From NCBI GenBank assembly GCA_002633005.1, contig NMRA01000014.1, positions 1,274,838 through 1,338,837 of the forward strand: a DNA stretch of 64,000 nucleotides, in the 5' to 3' direction. The position numbers and the translations under genes were made by a program. The notes beneath the pieces were generated by a model, which was given only the letters and a program-made list of their open reading frames with translations, did not search any database and was not told where the DNA came from. Shown piece by piece: positions 11,560 to 24,660 of the stretch. Source of the stretch: Phoronis australis (taxonomy: Eukaryota > Animalia > Phoronida). How positions within the stretch are numbered: the stretch's first letter is position 1; every line of letters begins with the position of its first letter.

Positions 11560-12680
11560 GAGGCGTCATGAACATGAGTGATAACTATTGACATTCGAAC
11601 TTAACTATAATGAAGAAATAATTGAAAAAGAGATAATGACCTGTTCTAGAAGATCATTATCCCCACTTGGCAGAATTGCTGTAAATTCTCTCGTTACTTA
11701 TAGCTGGTTCATTATTTGCTCTTTGTTTAGCCATCACCGTCAAGACAGTCAGTTAAATGTCTGGAACGTTTTTTTAAGTTTTTTGTCAAGGCAAAACTGG
11801 TAGAATAAGTAGAACTGAAATGGTATGGAATTTTTCATGAGGAGGTTGTAAAATGATCACATGGAATTTATCAAATCTCCTACAGCTATCCTGGTTCCAC
11901 ATACTGATTTCAACTAATGACATTTTTTTGGAAAGACTTGCTGTTGTAACTTGCCTTATTGTGTGGTCATAACTTATTTAATTTTATGGGTGCTTTTTGC
12001 AGTATATGTTCACAGAAAATGACAAATTTATTTTAATCTAAGGTGTTTGTTTACTTTGCCCTAATTTGGGACACTGAGGAAGGATAAAAATTTTCCTCAT
12101 CGCCCAATCTGGTATACTGGCAATAATAAAGCAATAGTCTTCTATAAATGCTGAAGTCATTTGCTAGACTCGGATGAACTTTTTATGTCTTGCGCATCAT
12201 TGTTAATGTTTGAAGTATGGTTTTTCTCCACTGTTTACAATTTGTGACAGTTGTCAGAAGATTGTCTATAGATACATCCTTAGGAATCATAGATACGTTA
12301 TCATAACATTAAACACTCTTCAGTCCTTAGTATACGTTAATTGTGGGACCATTTCTCAACTTAATCAAAAATATTTCGCACTTAATATGTTTGTCCCATT
12401 AAAATGTGATCAATTTGAATGATGTCCAAAAGGTATTTTGAACTTGCAAACATTTTAAGTCTTGACATATTCATATAATTTGAAGTTGGTCCTTAAAAAT
12501 GCGTCATTGAGATTTGTAATGGTCTGATATAAGGTGCCCAAATTTTTAGAACCAGTTTTCTCCACTAAATAACAGGCATCAAACTGGTTCTCAAAATACG
12601 GGCACGTTATATCAGACTATTGTCGAGAAAACACACCTTTTCTGTAGCTGTATAACCTTCTATATTTCCTCCAGAATTCT
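11560..12680 (+). pseudogene. Highly decayed L1/Tx1-like LINE ORF2 3' fragment
   Basis: LNYNEEIIEKEIMTCSRRSLSPLGRIAVNSLV resembles WSRRxLTPLGKITVIKSL; a GG(L)KM motif follows near 11840. Many stops. Confidence 0.55.
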
Positions 12681-12749
12681 GAATTGTTTTTCAATGCTTT
12701 GGAATCTGTGAACAGTTTTGCTTTCCTCAACAAAATTAGAAAACTAAGC

Positions 12750-13900
12750 TTTGGTTACTCAGAAATTTCACACTGTTGGTGACGATGTATGTCTATTTGT
12801 TGCAGATGTCAAGGAAGCATTCTGTAATCGTTGGAGAAATTTCAGCAGTTTGTCTGGAGAGAGCTGGAGTATTCTGGCATCAGCCCTTGTTGTTTATCAC
12901 AAAAATGTTGAACTCAAAGTTTCAAAGGTCAATCTTGTTGGAGGAAACAAACACTGGCTGTTGGTAGATACTTGTGCTGACTATTCCAGGTTTTTAGATG
13001 TTTCTAACCTAGCTGCTAGGTCTTTGTTCAAAGCCAGACCTTAATCCTAATTTGCAGTTATTACACGGTCTTGTCAGTGAGCATTGACTCATTAATTTCC
13101 AGTATTGATTGACAGCTCTATTCTGCTCCTATTCCTGCGAGCACACAGTTATTCATGCATTGATCTCTTCCTCTAGCTGATGACAAGTCGTACATCTGAT
13201 ATCGAGGAGAACAAGTATAGTCAAAATCTATGGTAAGAACCTATCGTCATAAGGTGAATTTAGAAGAAAAAAACAAAACAGGTTTTTTTGGTATTTTTTA
13301 TTTTCAATGTGGCTTTGTCTGGGTAAGGAATAAAACTAGTGTTAGATGGTGCAGCTGACTGAAAAACCTGAGCACCGTGCTTCTGTCATCATTGAGTCTG
13401 GCTCCATTTTGATACAGATAAGAATTCAATGTTTCTAATTAATATTTGTATTGTTACTTGTACTCCTTGAACTGGTTATATCTGGACATTTGATAGTGTA
13501 ATCGGCTTCTTGTGGTCACTGTGACCCTTCATGCTTCATTTTTCCCACTAGGTGTCTCAAGTGCTTCCTTCCACGTTTTGGTGAGACATCTGTGTCTATG
13601 ATACTGTTAGGAGAAATATTTGTGGCAACTCCCAGATTTGCCGGATTTCTCGCTGCTTTTGTAGTGGTCTATCATAAGAATGAAAATTGCATTTTTCATC
13701 CAATCTACATGTAGTTTACACAAACACATTTATCTCATGAAAAGCTCGACCTATGGTTTGTTTTAGTGAAATGGGACATGTTCTCCGAGGCTGTTCTATG
13801 CACTGTCAATGGTGAAGTGACCATTGTTGTCTAAGGAGACCATGCTTTCTCCATTATTAGCCAATTTTGCCCAATATCAGTCCATGAGAGCACTTTCATG
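12750..13900 (+). pseudogene. Possible decayed DNA-transposon remnant with XPG/PIN-like motifs (Academ-like)
   Basis: Only faint motif traces: LxxxG..R.LDVS.LA (~12950-13020), LP.FH.F..D..S (~13560-13600), FS.I..Q.HE (~13840-13890). Confidence 0.25.
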
Positions 13901-15284
13901 TGATGTCATATCTGACCACTGAAGTTTCCACTTCACTACGTGATTGAATCAAATAAGCAGATCACTTCTTAAACACACATTTAGCCGTTCTTGTTTTACT
14001 GACTGATAATAAGTGTGTCATTTCTGCATTGACCAGTTTCTTTGTTGACATAATTTGCGCAACTAATGTCGATGTTTTTATTGGTTTACAAACAATTTTG
14101 TGGTCACATAGTTAGCATCATGTTCAACAGCCATTGTTATCTTTGATTGTGCGTCAATCTTTTCAAAAACTGCTTCAGGGATCAAAATGAATTAGCACAT
14201 TTTTATGGCGAGCAGGTGCCACCAACTATCTGTTTCCGCACGGACTCAACTTCCATGGCATCCTCTGTTGGCAATTTTATTTTTTTAAAAGAATTACCTT
14301 ATGTGTTCATGATTATTGAAATGACTGAATGTTAAACTGGTATGTGGTGGGAATGCACTGATGCCAGTTGATTTTCAGAAGGATTCAGCTACCGTCACAC
14401 TCTCTGTTGCCAATTTTAGTTTTCACATTGCCTGTTAATTATTGCCAAAATGACAAAGTGAATTGATATGTGACAAGTACGTGCCGGAATTGTGGCAGGG
14501 ATGTGCCGAAATGAATTCGTATGTGGCAGGGATCTGCCGCCACCAGTTGATTTTTGGATGGTAATTACTTTTACCAAGTGTGTGCAGGTTTGCAACCACA
14601 CTCTTTTTGTACCGGAGTCAGTTACTAGAACAACCTATCCTACCTTGATCAGGTACAGGTAAGTTGTCACACTTCTGTCAATTAAGTAGACCAAAGGCAA
14701 GTAGGATCAACACTAAAAACCCAGCTAAATCTCATTCCAGGAGTATCTTGGTCTTGGATAACTCATGTGGGTGGCCTTTTGTGTGACCTGGGAGATTGAT
14801 TAGATTAGATTTCTCAGTATGAATTCTTCTCTTGGCTAATGGATTTCAAGACAATGGCAATGTGTAGGCTATTTGGATACAACTGCTTCCTTGCTGGGCA
14901 ATTAATATTGAGTTCCCAAGTCGTCATGGTTTCCAATAGCCATTTACTGAAATATCACAGGAAGCTAGATCTGATTCTGCAATTCCTTAGAGCAGTCGTC
15001 CCGTTGCTAATCACTATTTTACACCAAAATTGGTTTTCCATTCTAATGCATATAAAATATTACTGTGTTGTATAGTTTGCCGCACTGCTGACATAGATTT
15101 TTTTATAGTTGAGTGGGGTGCAAAAATCATTCCTCAGTCAGCTGGCTTTACTTTTTGAAAACTAGGTCTATCACGGAATGTGTTTATCTACCTTTGCAAA
15201 GAAGAGAGTTGAATTCGGGATGTGGAAATGGAAATTGGTGTTTGTTACGGAGTTAAAAATAAGACGTTGCAGCACAGCATTAAA

Positions 15285-15627
15285 AGTGCTTGGCTTTGAC
15301 ATTAAGGGTGATTCTTGATACTTTGACATTAACCGTGATACCTTATACTGTGACAAAAACAGCGATTCCTTATACTTTGGCATTAATAGAGGTTTTTTAT
15401 ACTTTGACATCAGCACCGATTCCTTATATGTTGACATTAACAGTGATTCCTTATACTTTGACAGTAACAGGATTCCTTGTACTTTGACAGTAACAAGATT
15501 CCTTATACTTTGACAGTAATAACAATTCCTTATACTATGACATTAACAGGATTCCTTATACTTCGACATTAACAGGATTCCTTATACTTTGACTTTAACT
15601 GGATTCCTTATACTTTGCCATTAACAG
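15285..15627. repeat. Minisatellite, ~27-30-bp unit (GATTCCTTATACTTTGACATTAACA[GT])
   Basis: About 12 tandem degenerate copies. Confidence 0.9.
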
Positions 15628-18600
15628 TATCACTGCGTATACCCCAAAGGCTTTATATGTTGTCTCAAAAAGCCAGTAATGCAATCAGGTATAAGACTGT
15701 TCCTCTTGCTGGCACTGCTTATGGTTTGAGTTACCCCCAAAACTGCTGGCATTTTTGTTAGTATTGGGTAGCCAATCCTCTTGCTTCAAAGGGCACACAT
15801 GAGCAGCAGGTATTTGTTTATTATGGCATTTTTCTAATAATGGCAGAGTGTGAACCTGTTTTGATGTTTTGCTTACAAGTTATTTAGGTGTTGAGGAAAC
15901 AAACTGGTGGCAAAAATCACCTTGTGGACAGGTCATGTGCCTGACTAAAAAGTCTCATTTTCACTAGCATGTTAACCACACGTATGAACCTTATAGTTAT
16001 TTTGCATTTAAATATTTGTCTAAATTGTGCTCTGTTTTTATTTTCCTGGTTGATTCATGAACAAAAATAATGAATACACCAAGTGATTTTCTGCACCATA
16101 AACCATGCCTATAACGATTGTTATCCAAATTTAAAGTTCATTTAGTACTTATGTGTAGATTTCAGATGGGTTGATTTCGTGGCAAGTGCTCTGACTGAAA
16201 AATACAATCTAGAGTTTAGCCATCACTGTGAAATGGTGAACTGAGAAAGCTTTAATTTGAAATTTTGCAGTGATCACATGTTACTCTTGGTAAACTGTCA
16301 CTCAAAATCTGGATGTGTGGCTCCAGTTTGTGCTATAAGTTTTAAGCTTAGTTATCCTGGGTTTTTAAGAATACCATGCGTACAGTAGTGAAGGATAAAG
16401 GTTTTGCAGTAATTTGGTGACTTGGCATTATCAAATTGTGGTACAGTAAAAGTGGTTGCTGTAGCAATTTATTGATTTCCTTTTGAGACAAGTATACCAA
16501 TGAAACATAAGCTCAAAAGCTTGTTATCAGTTATGAATTACAATCTAAATCCGTTGAACAATATATACACGTGTGGATATACCGGTGGTAAAAATACCAT
16601 TTATATATTACCTAATTTATTAGGTCAGACGGATAATACTTTATAAAACATCAAATGCCATCTAAAAATCTGACTATTTAGTAAAGCTTGTATCAGTTGA
16701 ATCCGAGGAAATCAAGATTCATCCTGAGTATGATGAAGTCTGACTTATTTGAAAGCGTGAGTGCTGTATTTATTTGTCCCCTCACATATACTGCCACTAC
16801 AAAGGAGATAGACTTGTCAGGAAATCAAAATATTTTCAAGCAATAGAACTGCAGTCATGATAAGTGTAGGAAAATTTTCTTCAGTAGATGCCGAAGGAAA
16901 TAGCAGAATACCACCAGTTTGCCGCCTCCTTCCCAAAAAGCAATTCAAAAGACATTTTCTTCGCGTCCTGTGCCTATGACTAAAGTGTTCACTCTACTGA
17001 AAAAGAGTTTGAATTAAAGAGGCATTTTTACCATAGATACAGTCCGTAAGTTGAGCACTATAGATGTGGTCATCAGTGTGCCGTGCTTACATATTCGACA
17101 CAACTTGAAGACAACGTTCCTCGTTTTTTTGGACGTTTTATACTGGGTTCACAAGGGTGTCGAAAATTCTGGCAATATTTCAATGGCAAAAATCCTAGCG
17201 ATTTAGGAGCCATTGATGCCAGCATGTTTCTTCACCGCCCGAATGTAAGAACATCATATGTGCTGAATGAATGATCAAATCCATGTGAAACATCCATCCA
17301 GTTGTGGAGTGAATGTAGTTATAATAAATCTAGACTTAATGCCAAGTTCAACACCCCAACCAGTGCGCATTCGATCTGTAGAAGTGTCCCAGATGGGGGC
17401 ACCAGGTCAACAACAAAACTAGTAAGCCCAAAATTTGATTTATTCTCATTATATTTATTCAAATTATTTTGCATTGTTCTCCTAAGTTCTGTTAGGAATT
17501 GTATTTAAAATGTTACACTTTTGTTTGAGCAGCGATATAAAAACTAGCACTTTCGATCTTCCTGAAAAACTCAAAAATTGCAGAAAATGGAAACTAAATG
17601 ATGGTTTAGAAAGCTGCATTTTTGAGAGTTTGCTTTTTAACTTTTATCAAATGAAGTTTGGTTGTTATATTGATACCATTGAATTGCTGTCAATTTACCA
17701 TTTGTCTTTTGCTAACTTTTACTATATAGACATACTTACGTGGCAAAATTCGGCTGCATGGATTATTTTGCAGGCAAAATATATACAAGTATCGATTCTA
17801 TGTACTTTTGCTCATCAAATTTCTTGTTAACATTTTTGGTACGTATTAAATCTTACACCATTTTCTTAACTATATTTTTAATACCATATTTTCTTTTTAT
17901 CAGGATCCTATTGGAGACCACCTTTTTGTTACTGTATAGGTTTTATCATGATATTAACATATCTTACAATAACACAAACAACAAGAAGTTTGGTAGTAAA
18001 TCAAAAATCAAATTTTACTGGCTTTCTAGTGTCAGGAAATATATACTAACCTTTACTTAAAATGGTTTTTAGATATTTGATTAAATCCACAGACTTGCTA
18101 GTAAAAAGGTGTAATAAGTTCAAAGCAATTAAAGTTGTTTTTGTGATATGAGGCAGACTGAAAACCTGCCCTTAAACAATCTCAGCTTTTAACCCCACCA
18201 ATTATGGTAAACTAGTGTGCTCTAGAAATACAATGCTCTTATTCTTGATCAATATCTAGCAGTGGATATGGGTTAGGGGAGACGTGAGGACGTCTATATT
18301 ATTGCACATTAATTTTCTTTATTTCCAGGTAATAATGGTTCGTCACTGTCGAGAAGAAAAACGGATGGTTACCTCCATATTTGTTTAGTGATCCCATCCA
18401 CTGTAAACAGTTGAGCTCCTACTGTTTACTGAAGCTGGACTAAACTAGGAAGTAAGTACTTTTTCCGGGGAGGGGGGTGTTACGTTCGTGTCGCACTTTG
18501 GAAATATCGCTCAGAAAAATGACTTTCTTGGCCAGATCCGAAGAAAGGGTCAGTTATTAGGTGACGAGACTGGCTCAACCACAAGTGAGCTCACCAACAA

Positions 18601-20474
18601 CTTCCAAAATAAGTGCTAGAAATCAACCTTCCGTGAATCCGCAAAAAATACTACAAGTGGTAACGTGTTGAGACAACTCCGACTGGTTATTATTGGGATG
18701 ATACTGACCAGTGTTGGCCTATGTAACAAACAAAGAGTGGGTGCCTTATCAATTCTCATTGCCATCAAATGGCTCATTTCTGGGGTTGGTAACTCAACAA
18801 AAGAGTTAATTTTTGCATCGACTATACAGGTAGATCATATTTTATTCAGATTTGTGGGGTTAAAATTTGCAGGAGCTCATCCTACCTGTTGGTTTCAACA
18901 ATTTAGGCTATGAAATTGGTCTTGGCTTGTTCAGTGCTGAAATTACAGGTGATTTCTGGGCATTTAAAAAATGGCCATTGCTTGGGAGCACATTAACCTA
19001 CAGGGTGGCTTTTTATGGCAGTGTATATTATGCTTGCAACATTGTTTCTAGCTGTATCGACTAGCCAATTTTTCCAAGACCAGAAACCAATTTTGATCTG
19101 AGAAAGAAACAAGAAATTTGAGACCTGTTTTTTGCGTTCAAGATCTAAAACAAAATTGACCTTCTTTGGTGGAATACATGCTTATTGCAGCTTTTAGGTG
19201 TCATCCCCAGGTGCTTGTGTGGTAATAATCTGTGGTCTGACGGAATTTGACGCATATGGTGCGTTTGTGATACACCAATTTGGCTTCAGTACTCTTCTTT
19301 TTCTTTACTTTTACCATGTTTTTTTTCTATGTATTGGGCATTCAATTATTCTTATAAATTATGTTTCTTTAATGACCTAGTTCATGTCAAATAATTGTTA
19401 ACTGGCTGTATTGAATAGTCACAGAATTTTCCTTAACATGCTGATCAGTCAGCATGCAATACAGTCATCTATTTATTTATTTTATTTTATCTGAGAACAC
19501 CTCTCATCTATCCATTTTATTTGATACCGTAGACAACTTGTGATGTCATAAATGTTGTCAAGAAAACCGTAGTGATCATTATATGACAAAAGCGCATTAG
19601 CATCATAGAAAAAATGAGAGCCATTGCAGTGAGATGTTCATGGCTTGTGTTGGTGTAACGTGTAAAAACGAAAAAGTTATGTCACAGAAACAAGGTACGG
19701 GTGAGAACTGTCTGGAAGGTTAAATTGATTTCTCAACTGTTTTGATCCTCATCTTTGTGAGACATGCTTGTGTCAACAGAGATGTAAGCAACAAAACATT
19801 TTTTTATTTTTCAATATTTTATTTATGTAAAAGTCCCAAAAGTGTCTGGGTAAGGGTGCTTGGCTTATAATCACAATAATATCAATTATGGCAACGAGAT
19901 ATAGAACTACTTCGGTTTCATTATGAATACTATTTTTTACTTAAGATGCTGCTGTTTCGTGCTGTTACTGAAACACCGAGGCACACAACAGCTAAATCCG
20001 TCGGCATCTCTCATCACTACATTACCAAGTCACCAATCTGGGAGAATACAAAGTTTTTACTTGGGTCTATCCCACGATGCACCACGCCACCAGAGGGTGC
20101 AGTCTTCCAAATGTCAGATCTGGGGCACTGAAAAATCTGTGTGGCCATTAAGCTAATCGTGGGCGTTTTAACTTTTGAGAAGTCAGGCATGAATGTTTAC
20201 CTGAACGGTCCATTCACTAACAGTAAAGCTGCTACCATTTTTGAGAAGCCAGGAATTAACCAGAACAGTCATTTTACTCACACTAATGCTGCTACCATCT
20301 TTTCACACAACTAAGATGATATTACAGTAGAATGCAGATGAGTCTAAAGTGGCATTTCACATCTCCTTTTGTGAAAAGTGGATGTTTTGGGACCTAATGC
20401 ACTCGCGAGATGGGCGTTCACATGAAATACTGACACTTTTAAGGGCAGGGATTAAGCCAATTATGAGCGTTAAC

Positions 20475-20800
20475 CTGGATGAGTATGATACAATAGACTA
20501 CTACGATACGAGTAGGGGAGTGCGGTACGACTAGACAAGTGCGGTACGACTAGACGAGTGCAGTACGGCTAGACGAGTGCGGTATGGCTAGACGAGTGCG
20601 GTACGGCTAGACGAGTGTGGTACGGCTAGACGACTGCGGTACGGCTAGACGACTGCGGTACGACTAGACGAGTGCGGTAAGATGAGTGCGGTACGACTTG
20701 ACAAGTACAGTACGAGTTGTGTGTGGTACAACTAGATGAATGCAGTACAACTTGTCGTGTGAAGTACCACTAGACAAGTGCAGTATAGCTAGATAAGTAT
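20475..20800. repeat. Minisatellite, ~19-bp unit (GACGAGTGCGGTACGRCTA)
   Basis: Near-perfect copies at 20518-20680, decaying at both flanks. Confidence 0.9.
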
Positions 20801-21199
20801 GGCAATGTGTGTCGGTAGTAGACATTCTACGCTAAAGTTTGTTTCTGAAGTATCAATTTCAGGTAGTCCTTGTTGTGGCTTGTTTTATGATTTCCAAAAT
20901 GTTATATATAGATGCTGGATTAAGCAGATGTATAAGGCACATATTTGCTGATGAACACTGCTTTATGAACACTTTGTTCATGTACATGTAGAGAATGTTT
21001 CAAGTTTGGGATTGGGACTAATTAATAAGGATTTACTGTTTGTAGATGTATAATTTTTGTTCCAAGTTGCTTGCATTTGATGTATTCTGAAATAAAAAAT
21101 GATTTCTGCAGAATGGTGTGGGTCTAATTGCTGTCATGTTGAGTGCCTTTCTGTGTGCATTGTTGTCCCATTTACCCATTGTTGGCATATTTTGTGTGC

Positions 21200-21752
21200 T
21201 AACAAGGTACAGTTGTAAGTCTTGACAAGGTGCATACTGACAAGGTGTAGCTTTACAACATTTTTGATGTGGAGTATACTGACAATGTGCAGCTTTACGA
21301 CACTCTTGACACGGAGTATACTGACAAGATGCAGCTTATTTTTACGACTGATGACATGGAGCATAATGACAAGGTGCAGCTGTATGACAATATTGACACG
21401 GTGCATACTGACAAGGTGCAGCTTTATGACACTCGTGACATGGAACGTACTGACAAGGTGCAGCTATACGCCACTCTTGACGTAGAGCATACTGACGAGG
21501 TGCATCTTTACGACACTCATGACATGGAGCATACTGACAAAGTACAGCTATACGCTTTTCTTGACATGGAGATTATTGACAAGGTGCAGTTTTATGACAC
21601 TCTTGACAAGATGCAGCTTTACGAAACTTTTGACACTGTGCATACTGACAAAGCGCAGCTGTACGCTACTCTTGACGTAAAGCATACTGACAATGTGCAG
21701 CTATACAATACTTTTGACACGGTGCATGCATATTGACAAGGTGCAGCTATGC
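21200..21752. repeat. Minisatellite, ~42-bp unit (GCATACTGACAAGGTGCAGCTTTACGACACTCTTGACACGGA)
   Basis: About 12 tandem copies; these generate the repetitive ORFs 21222-21485 and 21269-21736. Confidence 0.9.
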
Positions 21753-22576
21753 ATGTGAAGACAACTTGACATGGAACAGATTCACACAGCAGTGTCAGTC
21801 ATCCTTTTTGAAGTAGTTGTGCCCTGCTATCTTTTCCCCGTGTCTACACCTCATCTAAACTCAAAGTATTGTTTAGATTAAAAGCCATACTTGCTATTGT
21901 AATTGTGTTTATACTCACTGGTATTTACTGCCAAGATGGACATGCATGTATGTATGTATGGGTATTCTCTGCAAATCTGAACTTTCCACCAGTCCTGTGT
22001 TCTATGTTCATGTATTCACTGCCAACCTGAACTTACACGAGTGTATTCTACAGATATTCAATGCCAACCTGAAAGTACTCGTGTATCTTCAGGTATTCAC
22101 TACCAACCCNACTGACAAAGCGCAGCTGTACGCTACTCTTGACGTAAAGCATACTGACAATGTGCAGCTATACAATACTTTTGACACGGTGCATGCATAT
22201 TGACAAGGTGCAGCTATGCATGTGAAGACAACTTGACATGGAACAGATTCACACAGCAGTGTCAGTCATCCTTTTTGAAGTAGTTGTGCCCTGCTATCTT
22301 TTCCCCGTGTCTACACCTCATCTAAACTCAAAGTATTGTTTAGATTAAAAGCCATACTAGCTATTGTAATTGTGTTTATACTCACTGGTATTTACTGCCA
22401 AGATGGACATGCATGTATGTATGTATGGGTATTCTCTGCAAATCTGAACTTTCCACCAGTCCTGTGTTCTATGTTCATGTATTCACTGCCAACGTGAACT
22501 TACACGAGTGTATTCTACAGATATTCAATGCCAACCTGAAAGTACTCGTGTATCTTCAGGTATTCACTACCAACCC
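21644..22576. other. 466-bp direct duplication separated by a single N at 22110 (probable scaffolding artefact)
   Basis: 21644-22109 repeats at 22111-22576 with two substitutions visible by eye. Confidence 0.85.
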
Positions 22577-23390
22577 AAACATAGACGCATGTACCTACAG
22601 GTACTACAAACCTGAACGTACATGTGTGTATCTTCAGATATCCACTGCAAACCAGAACATATGTCAAGTGATGTCCAATCAGTAGCTTGTGTATTGACAT
22701 GGTCCCCCCCCCACATCATCTCATGCCGTTTCATGGTGTCTTATGTTAAAATATAATATGGTGATAGTGAAATGCTACATAATGAAACAAAATTGATCGT
22801 TAGCAAGTGTGGGTTCCCAGCTTTACCTCAGATTTAAATACACACATGAGTAGACTGACCTACATCAGCTCTGCAAATGTTGGCATTTTTGATACTACAA
22901 ACATGTGTTGTAATCCCTTCTATACAGCATGAAAATGACATACCGTATGTACTGTTACTCTGATGGTATGATTATTGCATTAACCTTCATGGATAGAGAC
23001 TTGTTAGGCAGTACATGCTCATGTTCCATAGATGCAAGACACATGAGAATAGCTAGACCTGCATGATCATGCATTTTTGTGAGTTGCGCCTCCAGTCCAG
23101 TTCAGATGTCATCTGCTTGTGGTTAGACAAGTCAATTATCTTTGACAAGGAAATTAACCACTGACAGCAGAAATGCCTTGTTGTAATATTGGAAAAGAAT
23201 TTCTAATAATGCGGTAAGATGTAGAACAGGATTTTTTCCACTGTTTCATTTGTTTAATAAATATTTCCTGTGTCAGAACTAAACAAGTCTGTTGACTTTT
23301 TCAGGAAGTTATTGAAGAATACAAATGTCATATTGGTGTAACAATTAAGCAAACTATCCTCTTTGTCTCCTCCAACTTGCAGAATCTCAG

Positions 23391-23562
23391 ATGCCAATGG
23401 CAGAGATGCACTTGTCTGGTGAGGCCAGTGTGGAAGATTTCGTCAATACAGGGAGGACGGGTCGACGTAATGCCCTGCCTGATGTGTTAGATCCCCAGCA
23501 TGCTGCCGTCGGTACAGGCAACCTGGCTCTTGATTTACAAAAGTTACAGTGTTCCCCTGCAG
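23391..23562 (+). CDS. PKI: cAMP-dependent protein kinase inhibitor (PKI family), first coding exon
   Basis: VEDFVNTGRTGRRNALPDV is the PKI pseudosubstrate (F...GRTGRRNA); LALDLQKLQC resembles the PKI leucine-rich NES. Acceptor ttgcAG at 23382, donor GTAGGG at 23563. Confidence 0.92.
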
Positions 23563-23679
23563 GTAGGGTACAGCAGCTGACATCATGGGGTGGGGTGCAG
23601 GGGCGGATCCAGGATTTTGAGTTAGGGGGGGGGGGGCAGGGCAGAGAATTAGCCAGAATTTTGTCCGTCAGAAATTCGC

Positions 23680-23960
23680 ACCACTGTGGTGGGGTGTTGT
23701 GTTATTCAGAACAGTAGGGATGACACCATGTGGCGTGGTTATGTGTTATCCAGGGCAGTAGGGCTAACACCATGTGGTAGCGTGTTGTGTATTCTGAGCA
23801 GAAGTGCTGACACCATGTGGTGGGGTGACGTGTTACCCAGGACAGCAGGGCTGACACCATGTGGTGGGGGTGATAGATTACCCAGAGCAGTAGAGCTGAC
23901 ACCATAAATTGGGGTGACGTGACGTGTTACCCAGGGCAGTTAGGGCCGACACCATGGGGT
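23680..23960. repeat. Minisatellite, ~44-bp unit (GACACCATGTGGTGGGGTGACGTGTTACCCAGGGCAGTAGGGCT)
   Basis: About 6 degenerate tandem copies in the PKI intron. Confidence 0.8.
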
Positions 23961-24630
23961 CGAAGGCTGATGCTGTGCAGGTACATATCCAACACCCCAC
24001 AAAGTCAAGTAAAACCTTAAAACCTTAATATCTAATGAATGTGGTTTCCAACTTCTTTCCTCTTTGCTCGCCAAAAAGTGTACTATTGTCTCAGGAACTT
24101 AAAATTAACATCTGTCGGTCAGTGCTGTTAACATGTTAGCCATGTAGTGATGAACAGAACAACATCTATAATTATAAACATAACATCATCGCATTAGCCT
24201 TCAAGAAAACGCATAGCGGAATTCAAATTATGGAATTTTAATACTGAACACCACCAAAATTTACACTTACTAAATTACTTGCTTTTCAAAGTTTTCTCAA
24301 AAAGTCCTATCTGATCTGTTGTCAAAACTGGAGTCTTTGACAGATTTAAAAAAGGACTGCTAAGGAAAATGTAGAAATGTTGCAAACTGATTTGTGCAGA
24401 AATATGGGGTGGAGTGTGGTAATTGTGACTAATAAGCATGTTGCAATGTATTCAGCATCTCCGAATTGTCCCTATAGTCTAGGTAGATGTGAACTAAACA
24501 ACAGTCACAATCATAGGTTACTAATCTGCTGTCAGTGACCTATGTAGTGACCACGAGTGCACGACTGTTCATCTGTAGGATCTGCACACTTCTTAAGTTT
24601 TCATTCACAGCCTCTCTTTATGTTCAACAG

Positions 24631-24660
24631 CTCGAATACTCCACGACTGCCTGTCCCCAG
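24631..24660 (+). CDS. PKI: Candidate 30-nt in-frame PKI micro-exon (ARILHDCLSP)
   Basis: Pyrimidine tract plus caacAG acceptor, CAG|GTAAAT donor, phase 1/1, no stop codon. Confidence 0.5.

Noticed and set aside
17300-18180. Overlapping ~106-aa ORFs and a possible element end (cctgcccTTAA at ~18175)
   Set aside because: AT-rich low-information ORFs, and no matching left terminus could be located by eye.
21269-21736. 155-aa ORF with a 14-aa repeat (HTDKVQLYDTLD)
   Set aside because: By-product of a 42-bp minisatellite whose unit length is a multiple of 3; overlapping ORFs are open in other frames and there is no gene structure.
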